DNA of 63,795 nucleotides, the filler included, from Folioceros fuciformis (lineage: Eukaryota): assembly GCA_049999805.1 (NCBI GenBank). It is 7 parts of 7 records of this genome, joined end to end, with 100 filler letters (N's around TTAATTAATTAA, not from the genome) between each part and the next. Parts side by side here need not be neighbours in the genome. Positions count along the whole stretch, not along the records: positions 1 to 15,901 come from JBNGIO010004444.1; positions 16,002 to 23,665 come from JBNGIO010004445.1; positions 23,766 to 38,084 come from JBNGIO010004446.1; 4 more parts are not named here. The stretch is one strand, 5' to 3'. Each line of letters begins with the position of its first letter. The first letter of the stretch is position 1. The notes below the pieces were generated by a model that saw nothing but the letters and a program-made list of their open reading frames with translations, did no database searches and had not been told where the DNA came from. The position numbers were made by a program, and so were the translations under genes. This document shows positions 12,449-24,409 of the stretch, piece by piece.

Positions 12449-14545
12449 AATGGAACAGGAATTTTTGGGGTTACAAGTTGAGCTCCTACCTCACAAAAAC
12501 GGAGTTTTGCTCACGAGTGGCTTTTTTGGGTTTATTTGGACACCTACACTTGTGACAGGGATCCAACCCTACAAACTTATGCCATAGGCTTGTAGGGGTG
12601 GGCAATCCGTAGGTTTGTAGGTGGGTAGGGTTGTTAGTGAGACCCACCATGACTTGATATACCTATGGTATGGTCATGATAGGCCTCTAGGTCTAAGTGT
12701 TGGCAAACCTACAGAACAATCAAGACAGCCTTGGCCAACGGACACGTGCAACGAGTTTGGCCCTATTACTCAAGTGGGTGTTGCAGTTAGCTTACTGTGT
12801 TCAAGACGTTGGTGCAGCTTGGATGTTGAGGTTAGCTTATTGTGTTCAAGATGTTGGTGCAGCTTTGGTGCAGCTCTCCAGAAGGAGGTGTAGGATGCCT
12901 ACTACAATCATAAGTGCCCCCCATCGATCTGAAAACCATTATCGGCAGTACATCTACGAAGGTTACTGACCGAATGTTGCCAATGAAAGTGGTGGAGAGT
13001 TCACCTACTAGTGGGATAAGGGGGGCTTATGAAGAGCATACCTACCATAAAAGTAGGCTACCCTACTAATGGGGTATGGGCTGATCCAGTAACGGACAAG
13101 GACATGGGCGCAAGAGAGCTGATCATTCCCACAAGAACAAAAGGAGACAGGGAATCTTCCGGCCGAGGCAACCCCTCATCTAGGGTCCCTCAGCCCTAAG
13201 CTAGAGAAGCCAAATGGCCCCATGACGAGATCAATGGCCTTGGGAGGCAACATGAATTATTTTTTGAGAAGTGAATGTGGATCTTTTCCAAGATTAGAGC
13301 CAATAGTGACAAGTGTACGTACTACAAGTTCTTTAAGGTACAAACCTCCTTTTATTGGATCACATACTCGACTTTAGATGTGGCCTTAAACTTGCCAAAC
13401 ATGGTGCATGACCTACATGTCGCAAGCTACCATGAGGCAATCCCTACTAATGGAGAAGATGCACTCAAAATTGCTATTGTGGCCAACAATGGCTTGGCTT
13501 TGAAGCAAGTGAACAAGCTATGCACAACATAGTAGCAACTACTTTTGCATGTTCATTTTAATCACAGCTCTTCTCAATTCACATAGTCATGTTGGGGAAG
13601 TAAGCCCCCAAGAGGCTCCAACTCTACCTACTTGTCTTTTACACCAAACCAGTTGAGTGCTATCCACTCATGGCCTTGTTTGAACATGCTCAAGATAGAT
13701 ATACGATCTATGCTAGTTTAAGACCAAAATCCCCAATCAATTCTTGAACCCAACTACACCGAGGACCCCAGATTCGCCGTTTTGGATTTACGCTTTGGAT
13801 ATAGTGACTATTGAACCTGAGATTGCAAAGTTTGGAGCAGATTTGGGAGGTAACATGATTGGGATTGCTACTCACTTCTTGTCTTTTTGGTTTACTATCA
13901 TAGACCCTACATATGGACTGTTTTCTTACACCAAGTACGACAAAAGAAGAGTACTCCCCATGCAATTTGCTTAGTTCATTCATTTGAAGTCCAACAAATA
14001 TGTCTTCAAAGCATACAAGGTTATTGTTTCGCAAGTTTTCCCTCTGCAATATATTTGTTCCATATTTGTGGCTGCTATACATAAGATTTTGCTATTGGTC
14101 CACACCTTTTTGGTGATGGCTTCCAAGAACCAAGGTTGTTGAAAACTATTATCAAGTTTCTGGAGCAAAGCTCTTTCCCCAAGGCTTGAGGGGTCAAGGA
14201 AGACATTTTTGTAATGTTCTCTGCTCTAATGGCTTCCACTCTTCCAAGCCCAAGTTGTGGTATTCCCACCCACGCTAGCTCCATACAAAAAGTTTCTCCC
14301 AATGCGCAAAAACATCATGGTGTTGTGGTCTACATCCTACTAAGGGCTCTACACACTGCAATCACCCTAGTATGGATTCTTTCAAGCATATCGGGTTGGT
14401 GAAGGGCACATACATATATACAACCCTAAACCTATACATAAATATATACATACATACATACATACATATATACCATATATGAGAATGTATGTATGGTATT
14501 TTGTATATTATAATAATAATAGTTATTGTTATATTATATGCAATA

Positions 14546-14838
14546 AATACAAATTTACATGCTAGTAAATGCTTTCCAACTCTGTTCATGAATAAACAGA
14601 TACATAGTGACTCTTTCAGTCCATTGCATTGATGCATGTCACCCTATATGTGTTTTTTTGTGCCTAGCTGTGGCGGCAAATCCCCGGGTGCATATAATAC
14701 AAATTTACATGCTAGTAAATGCTTTCCAACTCTGTTCATGAATAAACAGATACATAGTGACTCTTTCAGTCCATTGCATTGATGCATGTCACCCTATATG
14801 TGTTTTTTTGTGCCTAGCTGTGGAGGCAAATCCCCGGG
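14546..14838. repeat. Tandem duplication, 150-bp period, spanning the flank/LTR junction
   Basis: 14546-14688 is repeated at 14696-14838 with one mismatch and a 7-bp filler TGCATAT. Confidence 0.95.
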
Positions 14839-15901
14839 CACTGATTGCCGACGGGTTCCACCTTTAGTGGCCACACTTATCCCATTGTCGTTGAGACATT
14901 GGGTTTCGTTCCCACGAAGGAGCGATGGGGTTCCTTGCTGCTGTGGATGGAGGGGCGGACTTGATCGACTCGATGATGGATTCGAGGGCTCCCCTCCAGC
15001 TCTGATCAGGCGTAGGACAGGCCTCGCTGTCCGGCGGTCAACTGCACCTCTCTCGGTGCCCAGAAACTCACTCTTGTCACTACAACGACCCTAACCTCTC
15101 AGATCTGCGACTTCCCTCACTCACTTCACTCACTCTTTCACTCCAGCACCAACACCAGCAACTACCAGCAACCAGCAACGACACCACTACCTTCTACACT
15201 TCCCTACTGACTCCTCCTACCCGGCAAGAGTCACTAGACTAACTCCAAACAAAAGGACGAAGGGAACACACTCCCCTCTTGGGTATCTCCTCCCCACAAC
15301 CTTACCAGACGCCATGAGACATGGCCGGCCTACAACACTTGACCAAGCAAGGAACAAGAGTGGACAGGTTGAGAGAAAGACACACCCTTTACAATCAAGA
15401 GCTAGGGGCAAGCCCCTACACCTTGGTCATTACACCTTGTGATCCTACCAGACACTATACAACCGGCAACACGCTGCCCGCGATCCTACCAGACACTGTA
15501 CAGCCGGCAACACGCTGCATGCGATCCTTCCAGACACTGTACAGCCGGCAACACACGGCTTGCGATCCTACCAGACGTTGCACAGCCGGCAACATACTGC
15601 AGGTCCTAAAAACCAAGCAGGGACAGACCACAAGAGCTCATGAAGAGAGGACCTCCAAGAGCTCACAAAGAGATAGACTGACTCCCAAAGTGAATGACTC
15701 CCTCCTCCTACAGGCTCACCTGATCTTATAGGAGCCTCTCTCTCTCTCTCTGACTTCACCTCTCTCTAACTTGAGAAATATTATTTTAATATCCTAGCCG
15801 GCTGTCACCAGCCACTTATTTAGACTTCTAGCACAACCTGCCACCAATGAGATCCTGGCCCTACCACCACAAGGATCTACCACCTCTTAGACTATCCAGA
15901 G
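14819..15901. mobile_element. Large LTR-like repeat, copy 1 (runs off scaffold end)
   Basis: Begins TGTGGAGGCAAA; near-identical to 22135-~23215 with different flanks; internal 41-bp tandem array at 15441-15602. Confidence 0.8.
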
Positions 15902-16001
15902 NNNNNNNNNNNNNNNNNNNNNNNNNNNNNNNNNNNNNNNNNNNNTTAATTAATTAANNNNNNNNNNNNNNNNNNNNNNNNNNNNNNNNNNNNNNNNNNN
16001 N
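15902..16001. other. Artificial scaffold spacer N44-TTAATTAATTAA-N44 (also at 23666-23765, 38085-38184, 46194-46293, 52009-52108, 61302-61401)
   Basis: The same 12-mer, with stops in all six frames, is centred in a 100-nt N run six times. Confidence 0.98.
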
Positions 16002-16867
16002 TCATCTTGGATGTTGAGGACAAGCCAAGGACTCTTTACCTTTACAAGCTTGGAAGACTACGCCCTCTTTGTCCTCCCTCTTTAGGGGCTTTCTTTTGGA
16101 CTCATTCATCCTAAGTGTTCTAGAGCTCACATGTACTCTTGTGTAGGAAAAGGGACTAGCTCTTGGCTTTTCCAATTGCACATGCAACTTTTACAATTGC
16201 TATCTTTTACAATTGCGATGAGGTTTCGCTTGGGCTTGGTCCATCCTTTGGCCCTTTCCCTCTCTACTTGCAATTGCACAGCTACCCTCGATTACTCTAG
16301 GTCCCATTTGGTAGGTTGTTCCAATACAGGGCAATGCATTGCTATACATAATGTTGTTTGCAATGCCATGTTTTAAATGACCATGGAATGTGGGTTTCTT
16401 CTATATAGGGAGCACCTGCATACGAAGTGTTGCTCAAAGTGAGCCCCTTTTATACAAGGGGGGAAGGCGGTAGAGGGTGGTGCAACAGCCAAGGTATATA
16501 AATTAATCTCCCTTGATGGATGAGCACGTTTTCATCTCTAGTGCCCTTGAGACCCACAGAGCAAAGGGTAAGGACTATTCAAGGTTTATAAAGGAGTGTG
16601 TAAAAGTGTACACTAAGGATAAGAGGAGGGTCTCCTCCTATCCTCAGTGTTAGCCTCTTTTCAGCAATACATATCCATTGTTATGCAAAGGGTGTTGGCC
16701 AATGCAATTCTTAGAATAGCGACAAGCATAGATCTATCGACTTTATCGACACTAGTGACAAGTAGGGCTTTGTGCTGTTTGCATCATAACATTATGAGAG
16801 CAGTAAGTAGTTACAGGATTTATATATGAGGGGACTAGTCCCATTTTGCTTTTTGTTTTTAGCCCTC

Positions 16868-17340
16868 GGAGCATGATGGAGTGTCGGAGCATGATGGAGT
16901 GTGGTAGAGTAGGAGAGATAAAGGAGTGTGGTGGTGGTAGGAGCGGTGATGAACTGTGGTGGTATAGAGCATGAGTGGTGTAGACACATGTTGGTATGGA
17001 GCATGAGCGGTTTGATGGAGCATGTTGGTATAGAGCCTAAGTGGTGATGGAGCATGTTGGTATGGAGCATGAGTGGTGTAGACACATGTTGGTATGGAGC
17101 ATGAGCGGTTTCATGGAGCATGTTGGTATGGAGCCTAAGTGGTGATGAAGCATGTTGGTATGGAGCATGAGTGGTGATGGAGAATGAGTGCTGATGGAGC
17201 GTATTGGTATGGAGAATGAGTGCTGNNNNNNNNNNGGAGTGTGTTGGTATGGAGTGTGAGTAGCTTGGTGATAGAGCGTGAACGTGAGACTGAGTGGTGA
17301 TGGAGTATGGGTGTGAGTGGTCTGGTGACGGAGTGTGAGC
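16868..17340. repeat. Degenerate minisatellite of alternating 15-17 bp units (GGAGCATGTTGGTAT / GGAGCATGAGTGGTGAT)
   Basis: Direct reading; more than 20 units, decaying rightwards. Confidence 0.9.
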
Positions 17341-17879
17341 TATTTAGTGTTAGAAGCAGGAGTGGTGGTGGATTGTTGTGTAGGGTGTGGGTGGTGGTGA
17401 GCGATGATGGAGGGTAAGTAGGGTGTGTAAGGCGGTACTAGGGCATAGGTATGTACATCATTTTACTTTGCCATTGTGGAGTGTAAAGGCAATGGTAGGG
17501 CATTGGTGTGTGCGTTGGGTTGGTACAAGTACATGTGGTTGTTATGGAGCAATGTCGGAAGGTGTAGAGTAAGGCCACTAGGTGCGGCGAGTGTGGTGCC
17601 TCCACTATGTTTGGCGCCATCATTAGGAATAGGGTTTGGCACCTATTATTCATTTCTCCAATTACCATGAACATGGAGATTGATCACGGTTGGGTTTAGA
17701 CTTTTCGTAATTTCTATTCTTTTCTTTTCTTTTTTTACTTTTACAGTACTATTATCTTGTGGTTAGGAGTTTTACTTAGCAAGGTAGGAGTGAGCACCTT
17801 TCGGAGTGTGCCAAGGGGCATGGGTCCTACTTGGTCAACAACCACCAAGGACATGCCTAGTCTTGTGTGAGGAAAACTA

Positions 17880-20800
17880 TTAACATCTTAGTGCGGTAGG
17901 GCGTTGGCACCAAATGGGTTTGGGGCACAAGGATTTCAATAGGTCTACATAGTAGGCCCAACTTAGACAAGCTTCTTCTTCTTTGGTGGTCCTTAGGGAT
18001 GCAAGCACAGGTAACCTTTATTCCCTTCTGTGTGTGACGGAGTCTCAAGCATCTAACATTAAGAAAAATGCTAAGGATGCAAGAGGAAAGGAGCACACAA
18101 GTGAAGGCGCAAAAATACTCAACTAACTTAAATAAACACAAAAAGGTCACATATATACATATGGGGTATGTGCCCTAACTAAAGTAGCTTTAAGTATGCT
18201 TAATTAACCCTAAGAGGTTGTTTATCTAACACACCCACTTAACCTCGAACGGGTTAATTATGTTAGAAACACGGCTAAGAAACATGATACAAAAAGCATC
18301 GAATGTGAAAACCCTAAACCATGAGGCAAGCGGCGATCCATGACTCACGAACGTTCTCACCAGCCTCATTCAAAGCTGCACGCGAAAGTTTACACCGGTT
18401 CCGTGTGTTGAATCCGTAGCATCTCCCACATGCGTCGCGTGGAGATGGATTCAATATCTGAGAAGATCGTTCCGATGGCCTTTTTGGTGAGCTGCCTCTT
18501 CTGGCTGGTCCTTTTCTTGATTGTTGTAATACCTTGGTTGCTCCCACCAACTTTCAAAATGGTTAGAAACTGGATCTGTGGGCATACATCTCAGCCCAGG
18601 CTTCAGATGGCGGGAGGAGCAAATGATTCAGATGATGAAGGGAGCTCTATCTCCATGGTCTCAGTGCCCTCAGCGAATTCCAGCAAGAAGTGGCCAACAA
18701 CGAAGGACAAGCAGCTGATTCAAGACCTCTTGGGTTTTGATGACAAGTGTGCGAGACTGGAGAAGGAGTTGGAGGCTACCAAGCTAAGTGCGACTCAACT
18801 CGCCAACACGATCTTAGCCAGACTCAACTCAGGAGGAGGTGATCGCGAGCTAACAGTTGAGGAGTTTGAAGAGGTTCTGGCTGAGCTCTGAAAAGGCGGA
18901 TATGATGTGTGCAAGGATCAAATTGCAATCAGGAAGAAAAAAGAAGGGAAGTGAAGGGTTTGGCGAGGTAGGAAATTTGTTCTCTTTCTCATGACTGTTC
19001 CCACGACTGGATGTAACTGTGAGGCTTGATCCACTAGGACAGATGTAAGGGAACACACTCCCACTAACGATGTGTAGAGCTATAAGCTATTGACATTGTT
19101 GTTAAGCGAACAGGGCTACTGCATCACGATGTAAGGTGGGGAGAAAAATCAATGAGACCTAAACCTTCAACATGTGTCTCATGTTTGTGTCTGGGAAGAG
19201 CTTTCGTCAATATATCCACTGTGTTTGCATCTGTGTGGACATGGGTAGGGCTAACGACACCTCGTGATTTAAAATCCCTAATGTAATGGTGTTGTATTTC
19301 TATGTGTTTGGTTCGAGCATGGAAACGAGGACGCTCAACAAGCTCTAGGGCAGATGCATTGTCACAGAAGAGGATAGTTGGTTTAAGCTGTTTAGCATGA
19401 ACAGAAAGGAGAAAAACTCTTTCCCACTCTACCTTTTTTGTTGATTTTGTCAAGCACTTATATTCTGCTTCTATGCTGGACTCAACTATGCTTGTTTATT
19501 TCTTGCACGACCAGCTTATGGCAGCATATGACAATAAGAAGACATAGGCAGATAGGCTCCTATGGGAATCTGAATATGAGGCCCAGTCGGCGTCTGCGAA
19601 ACCCTGTAAGGTAGGGACTAAACCAGTCCGCTTGTAACACAAGCCAAGGTAAGCAGTACCTCTCAAATATCTGAAAATATGTTTAACCGTTGTCCAATGG
19701 CTGCGTCCAGGGCACTCTAGAAACTGAGAATCAGTGTTGACAGCATATGTGATCTTCGGCCTCGTCCAGATGCTAACAAAAATTAGGCTGCCAACGGCAT
19801 GCCTGTAAGGTACGTCCTTCATGTTTGCCTTGTCAAGTGCTGAAGTCGGGCAATCATTCTTGCTAAGTCGTGTTCCAACAGCAGCAGGATGTGCAGTGGC
19901 CATATGGAATCGCTGTAAAATCAGAAATGTACTTATGTTGATGGATAATGATCATGCCTTGCTCACAAACTCGAAGGACTTGAATTCCTAGCTAGAATTT
20001 TAGTTCTCCAACATCTGTCATTTCGAACTCCTTGCGAAGCATGTCTTGAACTTTTGCTAACAGTGGCTTATCGTTGGAAGCAAAAATGGCGTCATCAACA
20101 TATATGGCCAGCAAGACATAGGCTTTTCCATCATCATAGATGTACACCGAGGGATCTGCGGGACTCTGTTTAAAGCCAAGGGACTTCAGGCAAGTGTCTA
20201 ACTTGGCATTCCAGCGTTCTGCACTTTGCTTAGGTCCATAAATGCACCTAATGAGCTTACAGACCCAGTTTGGATGTGCAGGATCCTCATAGCCTTCTAG
20301 CTATTCCATGTATAGCTCTTCTTCTAGAATGCCATGCAAGAAGGCTTTCTTAACATCCATCTGCTCTAGCTCTAGATCACATTCAGCAGCAAGAGCCAAC
20401 ATGAGGCGAATGGATTGAGAGCGGACTACTGGAGAGAAAGTTTCTTGGAAGTCTAACCCTGGAACTTGTGTATATCCACGGGCACACAAACGTGCCTTGT
20501 ATCTAGCTATCTCCCTGACAGCATTGAGCTTATGTTGGAAGACCCATTTGCAGGTGATGGGTCTGCGACCTGCTGGACAAGGAACAAGCTGCCAGGTACC
20601 ATTCTGAATGAGACTTTTGAATTACTCATCCACCGCGATCTTCCATTTGATTTGTCAAGACCAGTAAACGCTTCGGTAAGTGTGACAGGTTTTGGACGAA
20701 TGGAGGGGACTACAGCTTGGACTAAAGGTAAGCAAACGCCCACTGACCTTCGAAAGTCCATAGACTCATAGGGGGCTTCTTTCCATTCTGATCTAGGGTT

Positions 20801-22134
20801 CCTAATATGTTCTGAATGACGAACTGGTCGTATAGGAACAGGAATAAGATCGGGAGTATCTTCAGAGTCAGGAGAAGAAGCTATGGAACTTTGCTCACTT
20901 GAAGCTTCTAAACCTACATCAGGATTCTGGTTAGGTAACTCAAGATCACCTACAGGCTATTCAGAGATGACTTGTTCTTCTGGATTTGGATCTAAGTCGT
21001 AATCTGAATTTGCATTAGTAGGAAGGAATTGCTGGCTTGCAAGTGCCAAAGGGGATGCTGGAAGAGGAAGGACACCTGGGTCGATAGAACCATCATCACC
21101 ATCTCCATCACCTAGATATTCAACAAAGTCCTCACCATACACCATACAGAAGATCAGTAGGGTGTCCAAGTAAAGTGCCTTTCTCTAAAACTGGTGGATT
21201 TATTATCTCAATGAAAGTAACACTCCTAGCAATTGTAGGCTGCAAAGTCTTAGGATTAATAAGCTTATAAGCTTTGGTTACTTCACTGTAACCGACAAAG
21301 AGTAGGGGAAGAGCCCTATCATCTAACTTTTGCCGTTTCTCTGCAGGCACATATGCAAAGGCTTTGGAGCCAAAGACACAAAGATGTGAAATACTTGGCT
21401 TCCGATCCCAAAAGAATTCATATGGGGTCTTGTTGGGTAGAGCCTTAGTAGTAAGTCGGTTTAAGATATAGGTTGCTGTGACCACAGCTTCTGCCTAGTA
21501 TGGAGAAGAGAGCCCAGACCACAACAGCATAGATCTAGTCATGCCCATCAAGGTTTGGTTCTTTCTCTCCGCTACACCATTCTACTGCTGAGTGTGAGGA
21601 ACAATAAGGTGATGTATTATGCCTCTGTCTTCCAGGAATTGTGTGAATACATTACTGACAAATTCGCCGTCATTGTTAGATCTGAAAACCTTGAGAAGAT
21701 GACCAGTCTGCCTCTGAACCAGAAGCAGCCACTCTTGAAAAAGAGTAAACGTATCACTTTTCTTTTGCATAGGATACGTCCAAGTATATCAACATAAGTC
21801 ATCTATGAAGGTAAGATAATATTCTGCTCCACCCAAGGAAGGGACTTGCAGTCGTCCAAAAATGTCTGAATGTACTAAATCCAGGACTACTGTTGTTTTG
21901 TAAGCAGGTGTGCGAGGAAATGAAGCTTCATGTTGTTTTGTCAAAACGCAAATCTCGCATGTGGGGAGCTCCTTGAAACATGAAGGTAACGGCTCCCTGT
22001 AACAGTCCTGTCTAAAGATGCCAAGAGTTTAGTCTTGTTAGCATGGCCAAGGCGTGCATGCCATAGCCTGGCCATCTGGGTAGTTGTTAGGCTGCCATTA
22101 GTTGTTGAACAGGCTTGCTCTCGACGTGTACAGG
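17880..22134 (-). mobile_element. Decayed Ty1/Copia element (pre-integrase, integrase, RT, RNase H, long 3' region, PPT, 3' LTR)
   Basis: LWHARLGH (~22050); integrase (FRSNNDGEF, TATYILNR, HLCVFGSKA); RT (ARGYTQVPGLDFQETFSPV, QMDVKKAFLHG); RNase H (GFADADWA, FCDNASA, DILTKAL) ending 19124; PPT-like TTAAGTGGGTG at 18242-18232, then TGTTAGA LTR start at 18231. Far end of the LTR not resolved. Confidence 0.92.
18430..19134 (+). pseudogene. Antisense extra ORF in the Copia 3' region: N-terminal TM helix and coiled coil; 153 aa open, ~234 aa if four stops are repaired
   Basis: ORF 18430-18891 has MAFLVSCLFWLVLFLIVVIPWLL and CARLEKELEATKLSATQLANT. The same frame continues through 3 TGA and 1 TAG to TAA at 19132-19134, overlapping the pol stop. 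Confidence 0.6.
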
Positions 22135-23665
22135 TGTGGAGGCAAAACCCCGGGCACTGATTGCCGACGGGTTCCACTTTTAGTGGCCACACTTATCCCA
22201 CTGTCGTTGAGACATTGGGTTTCGTTCCCACAAAGGAGCGATGGGGTTCCTTGCTGCTGTGGATGGAGGGTCGGACTTGATCAACTCGATGATGGATTCG
22301 AGGTCTCCCCTCCAGCTCCGATCAGGCGTAGGACAGGCCTCGCTGTCCGGTGGTCAGCGGCACCTCTCTCGGTGCCCACAAACTCACTCCAGTCACTACA
22401 ACGACTCTAACCTCTCAGATCTGCGACTTCCTTCACTCACTTCACTCACTCTCTCGCTCCAGCACCAACACCAACAACTACCAGCAACCAGCAACGACAC
22501 CACTACCTTCTACACTTCCCTACGGACTCCACCTACCCGGCAAGAGTCACTAGACTAACCTCAAACAAAAGGAAGAAGGGAACACACTCCCCTCTTGGGT
22601 ATCTCCTCCCCACAACCTTACCAGACGCCATGAGACATGGCCGGCCTACAACACTTGACCAAGCAAGGAACAAGAGTGGACAGGTNNNNNNNNNNNNNNN
22701 NNNNNNNNNNNNNNNNNNNNNNNNNNNNNNNNNNNNNNNNNNNNNNNNNNNNNNNNNNNNNNNNNNNNNNNNNNNNNNNNNNNNNTACAACCGGCAATAC
22801 GCTGCCCGCGATCCTACCAGACACTGTACAGCCGGCAACACGCTGCCTGCGATCCTACCAGACACTGTACAGCCGGCAACACACGGCTTGCGATCCTACC
22901 AGATGTTGCACAGCCGGCAACACACTGCAGGTCCTAGACCAAGCAGGGACAGACCACAAGAGCTCATGAAGAAAGGACCTCCAAGAGCTCACAAAGAGAT
23001 AGACTGACTCCCAAAGTGAATGACTCCCTCCTCCTACAGGCTCACCTGATCTTATAGGAGCCTCTCTCTCTCTCTCTCTGACTTCACCTCTCTCTAACTT
23101 GAGAAATATTATTTTAATAGCCTAGCCACTTATTTAGACCTCTAGCACAACCTGCCACCAATGAGCTCCTAGCCCTACCACCACAAGGATCTACCACCTC
23201 TTAGACTATCCAGAGACTTTGGAGGATGTCTGATCTTCAAAGGTTTGCGGACGCCGCCTCTTCGTTGCTGGATGGTCGCCCGCTAAGTCTTCCCCTGCAA
23301 TTGTTCACCCTTGGTGGCTGAGCCAGCCTCTAGGGGAGGAGCATGAGCAATGGGAAAGAGAGAGAAGAGGTGGGAAGGAGTGGGATCAGCAGCCGGAACC
23401 TAGCCTGAAAACGGTAGCTTATTCAGCGGGATTAGCTCCCAGCCGAAATGGTTCCTCGGCCATGGAAGACTGACTCTAGGGTGCTGGGGAAGGCCCTGAA
23501 CTAAGAGGAAAAGAAAGCAGGTGAAACGGAGTTGAAATGGAATTTCTGGAATTAAATCCAGAAAATAGGGAAGAAAATAAAAAAGGGGAAATTAGGAAAA
23601 TAAAAAGAAAAGGAATACGGGGGGTACGTATACGGTATACGTATCAGTACGTATTAAATACGTAT
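22135..23665. mobile_element. Large LTR-like repeat, copy 2, nested in the Copia element
   Basis: Copia coding sequence stops abruptly at 22134; the same TGTGGAGGCAAA terminus and 41-bp array as 14819 follow. Confidence 0.85.
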
Positions 23666-24409
23666 NNNNNNNNNNNNNNNNNNNNNNNNNNNNNNNNNNN
23701 NNNNNNNNNTTAATTAATTAANNNNNNNNNNNNNNNNNNNNNNNNNNNNNNNNNNNNNNNNNNNNCTGCAGCTGCTGCAACGCCAACACCCTCCCTGCAT
23801 CCTCCTGCCCTTGCCCCTGTCCCTGCTCGGATTGCGGCGTCGCCGCAGCCGCTGCCAGCAGCGCCGCCACCTGCTGCTGCGTTTCCTGCGCCATCAATCT
23901 CCCGCCATGCCTTCACGCTCCCCTCTCGCGTCCGACCTTACTTCTTCCAGCCCGACCCGCACAGGCAGGGAAGCCAAGCAAGCATCCACAGTCCAAGAAC
24001 GCTCTGTCTGAGTTTTTATACTTTACGCTTTAAATAAGATAAATCATGCCGTACTTTATTCACTTTAACCCACGGCTTCTCTTCCCTCTGGTACGATAAT
24101 ACAGTCGTGTATGATGACGGCCCGGGGTACTGATTCCATCTAACAGTGTCGGCATCATGACGCCCCTTCTGGACCGAGACCGGGCCAGCTCTCGGCCCTC
24201 ATCTCCTGCACCGCGTTCGAAACGGAAATGGAATTCTCCCGCACCTCTTCCACCTCCGTGGCCTCCGAGGCGCGATTCCTCTCCTTCTTCACGCCCCAGC
24301 CGCCTCCATTGACGCCTGCCTGGGAGCTCCCCTCGCTTGGGGCCTTCCTTGAAGCTTCCGCCTCCCGCCCGGCGGTGGGTGCTGAGATGAGCGGGGAGGA
24401 GGCGGGGCC

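Noticed and set aside
11118-12985. Imperfect inverted ends suggesting a small DNA transposon hosting the 1.3-kb Copia
   Set aside because: The TIR match is poor and no TSD was found.
15946-15957. TTAATTAATTAA recurring six times
   Set aside because: Always centred in a 100-nt N run, so it is an artificial joining linker. Adjacency across it has no biological meaning.
16002-16800. Possible gag zinc-knuckle remnant (HCKQ..MHCP, minus strand)
   Set aside because: Needs a frameshift and has no supporting domains; too degraded to call.
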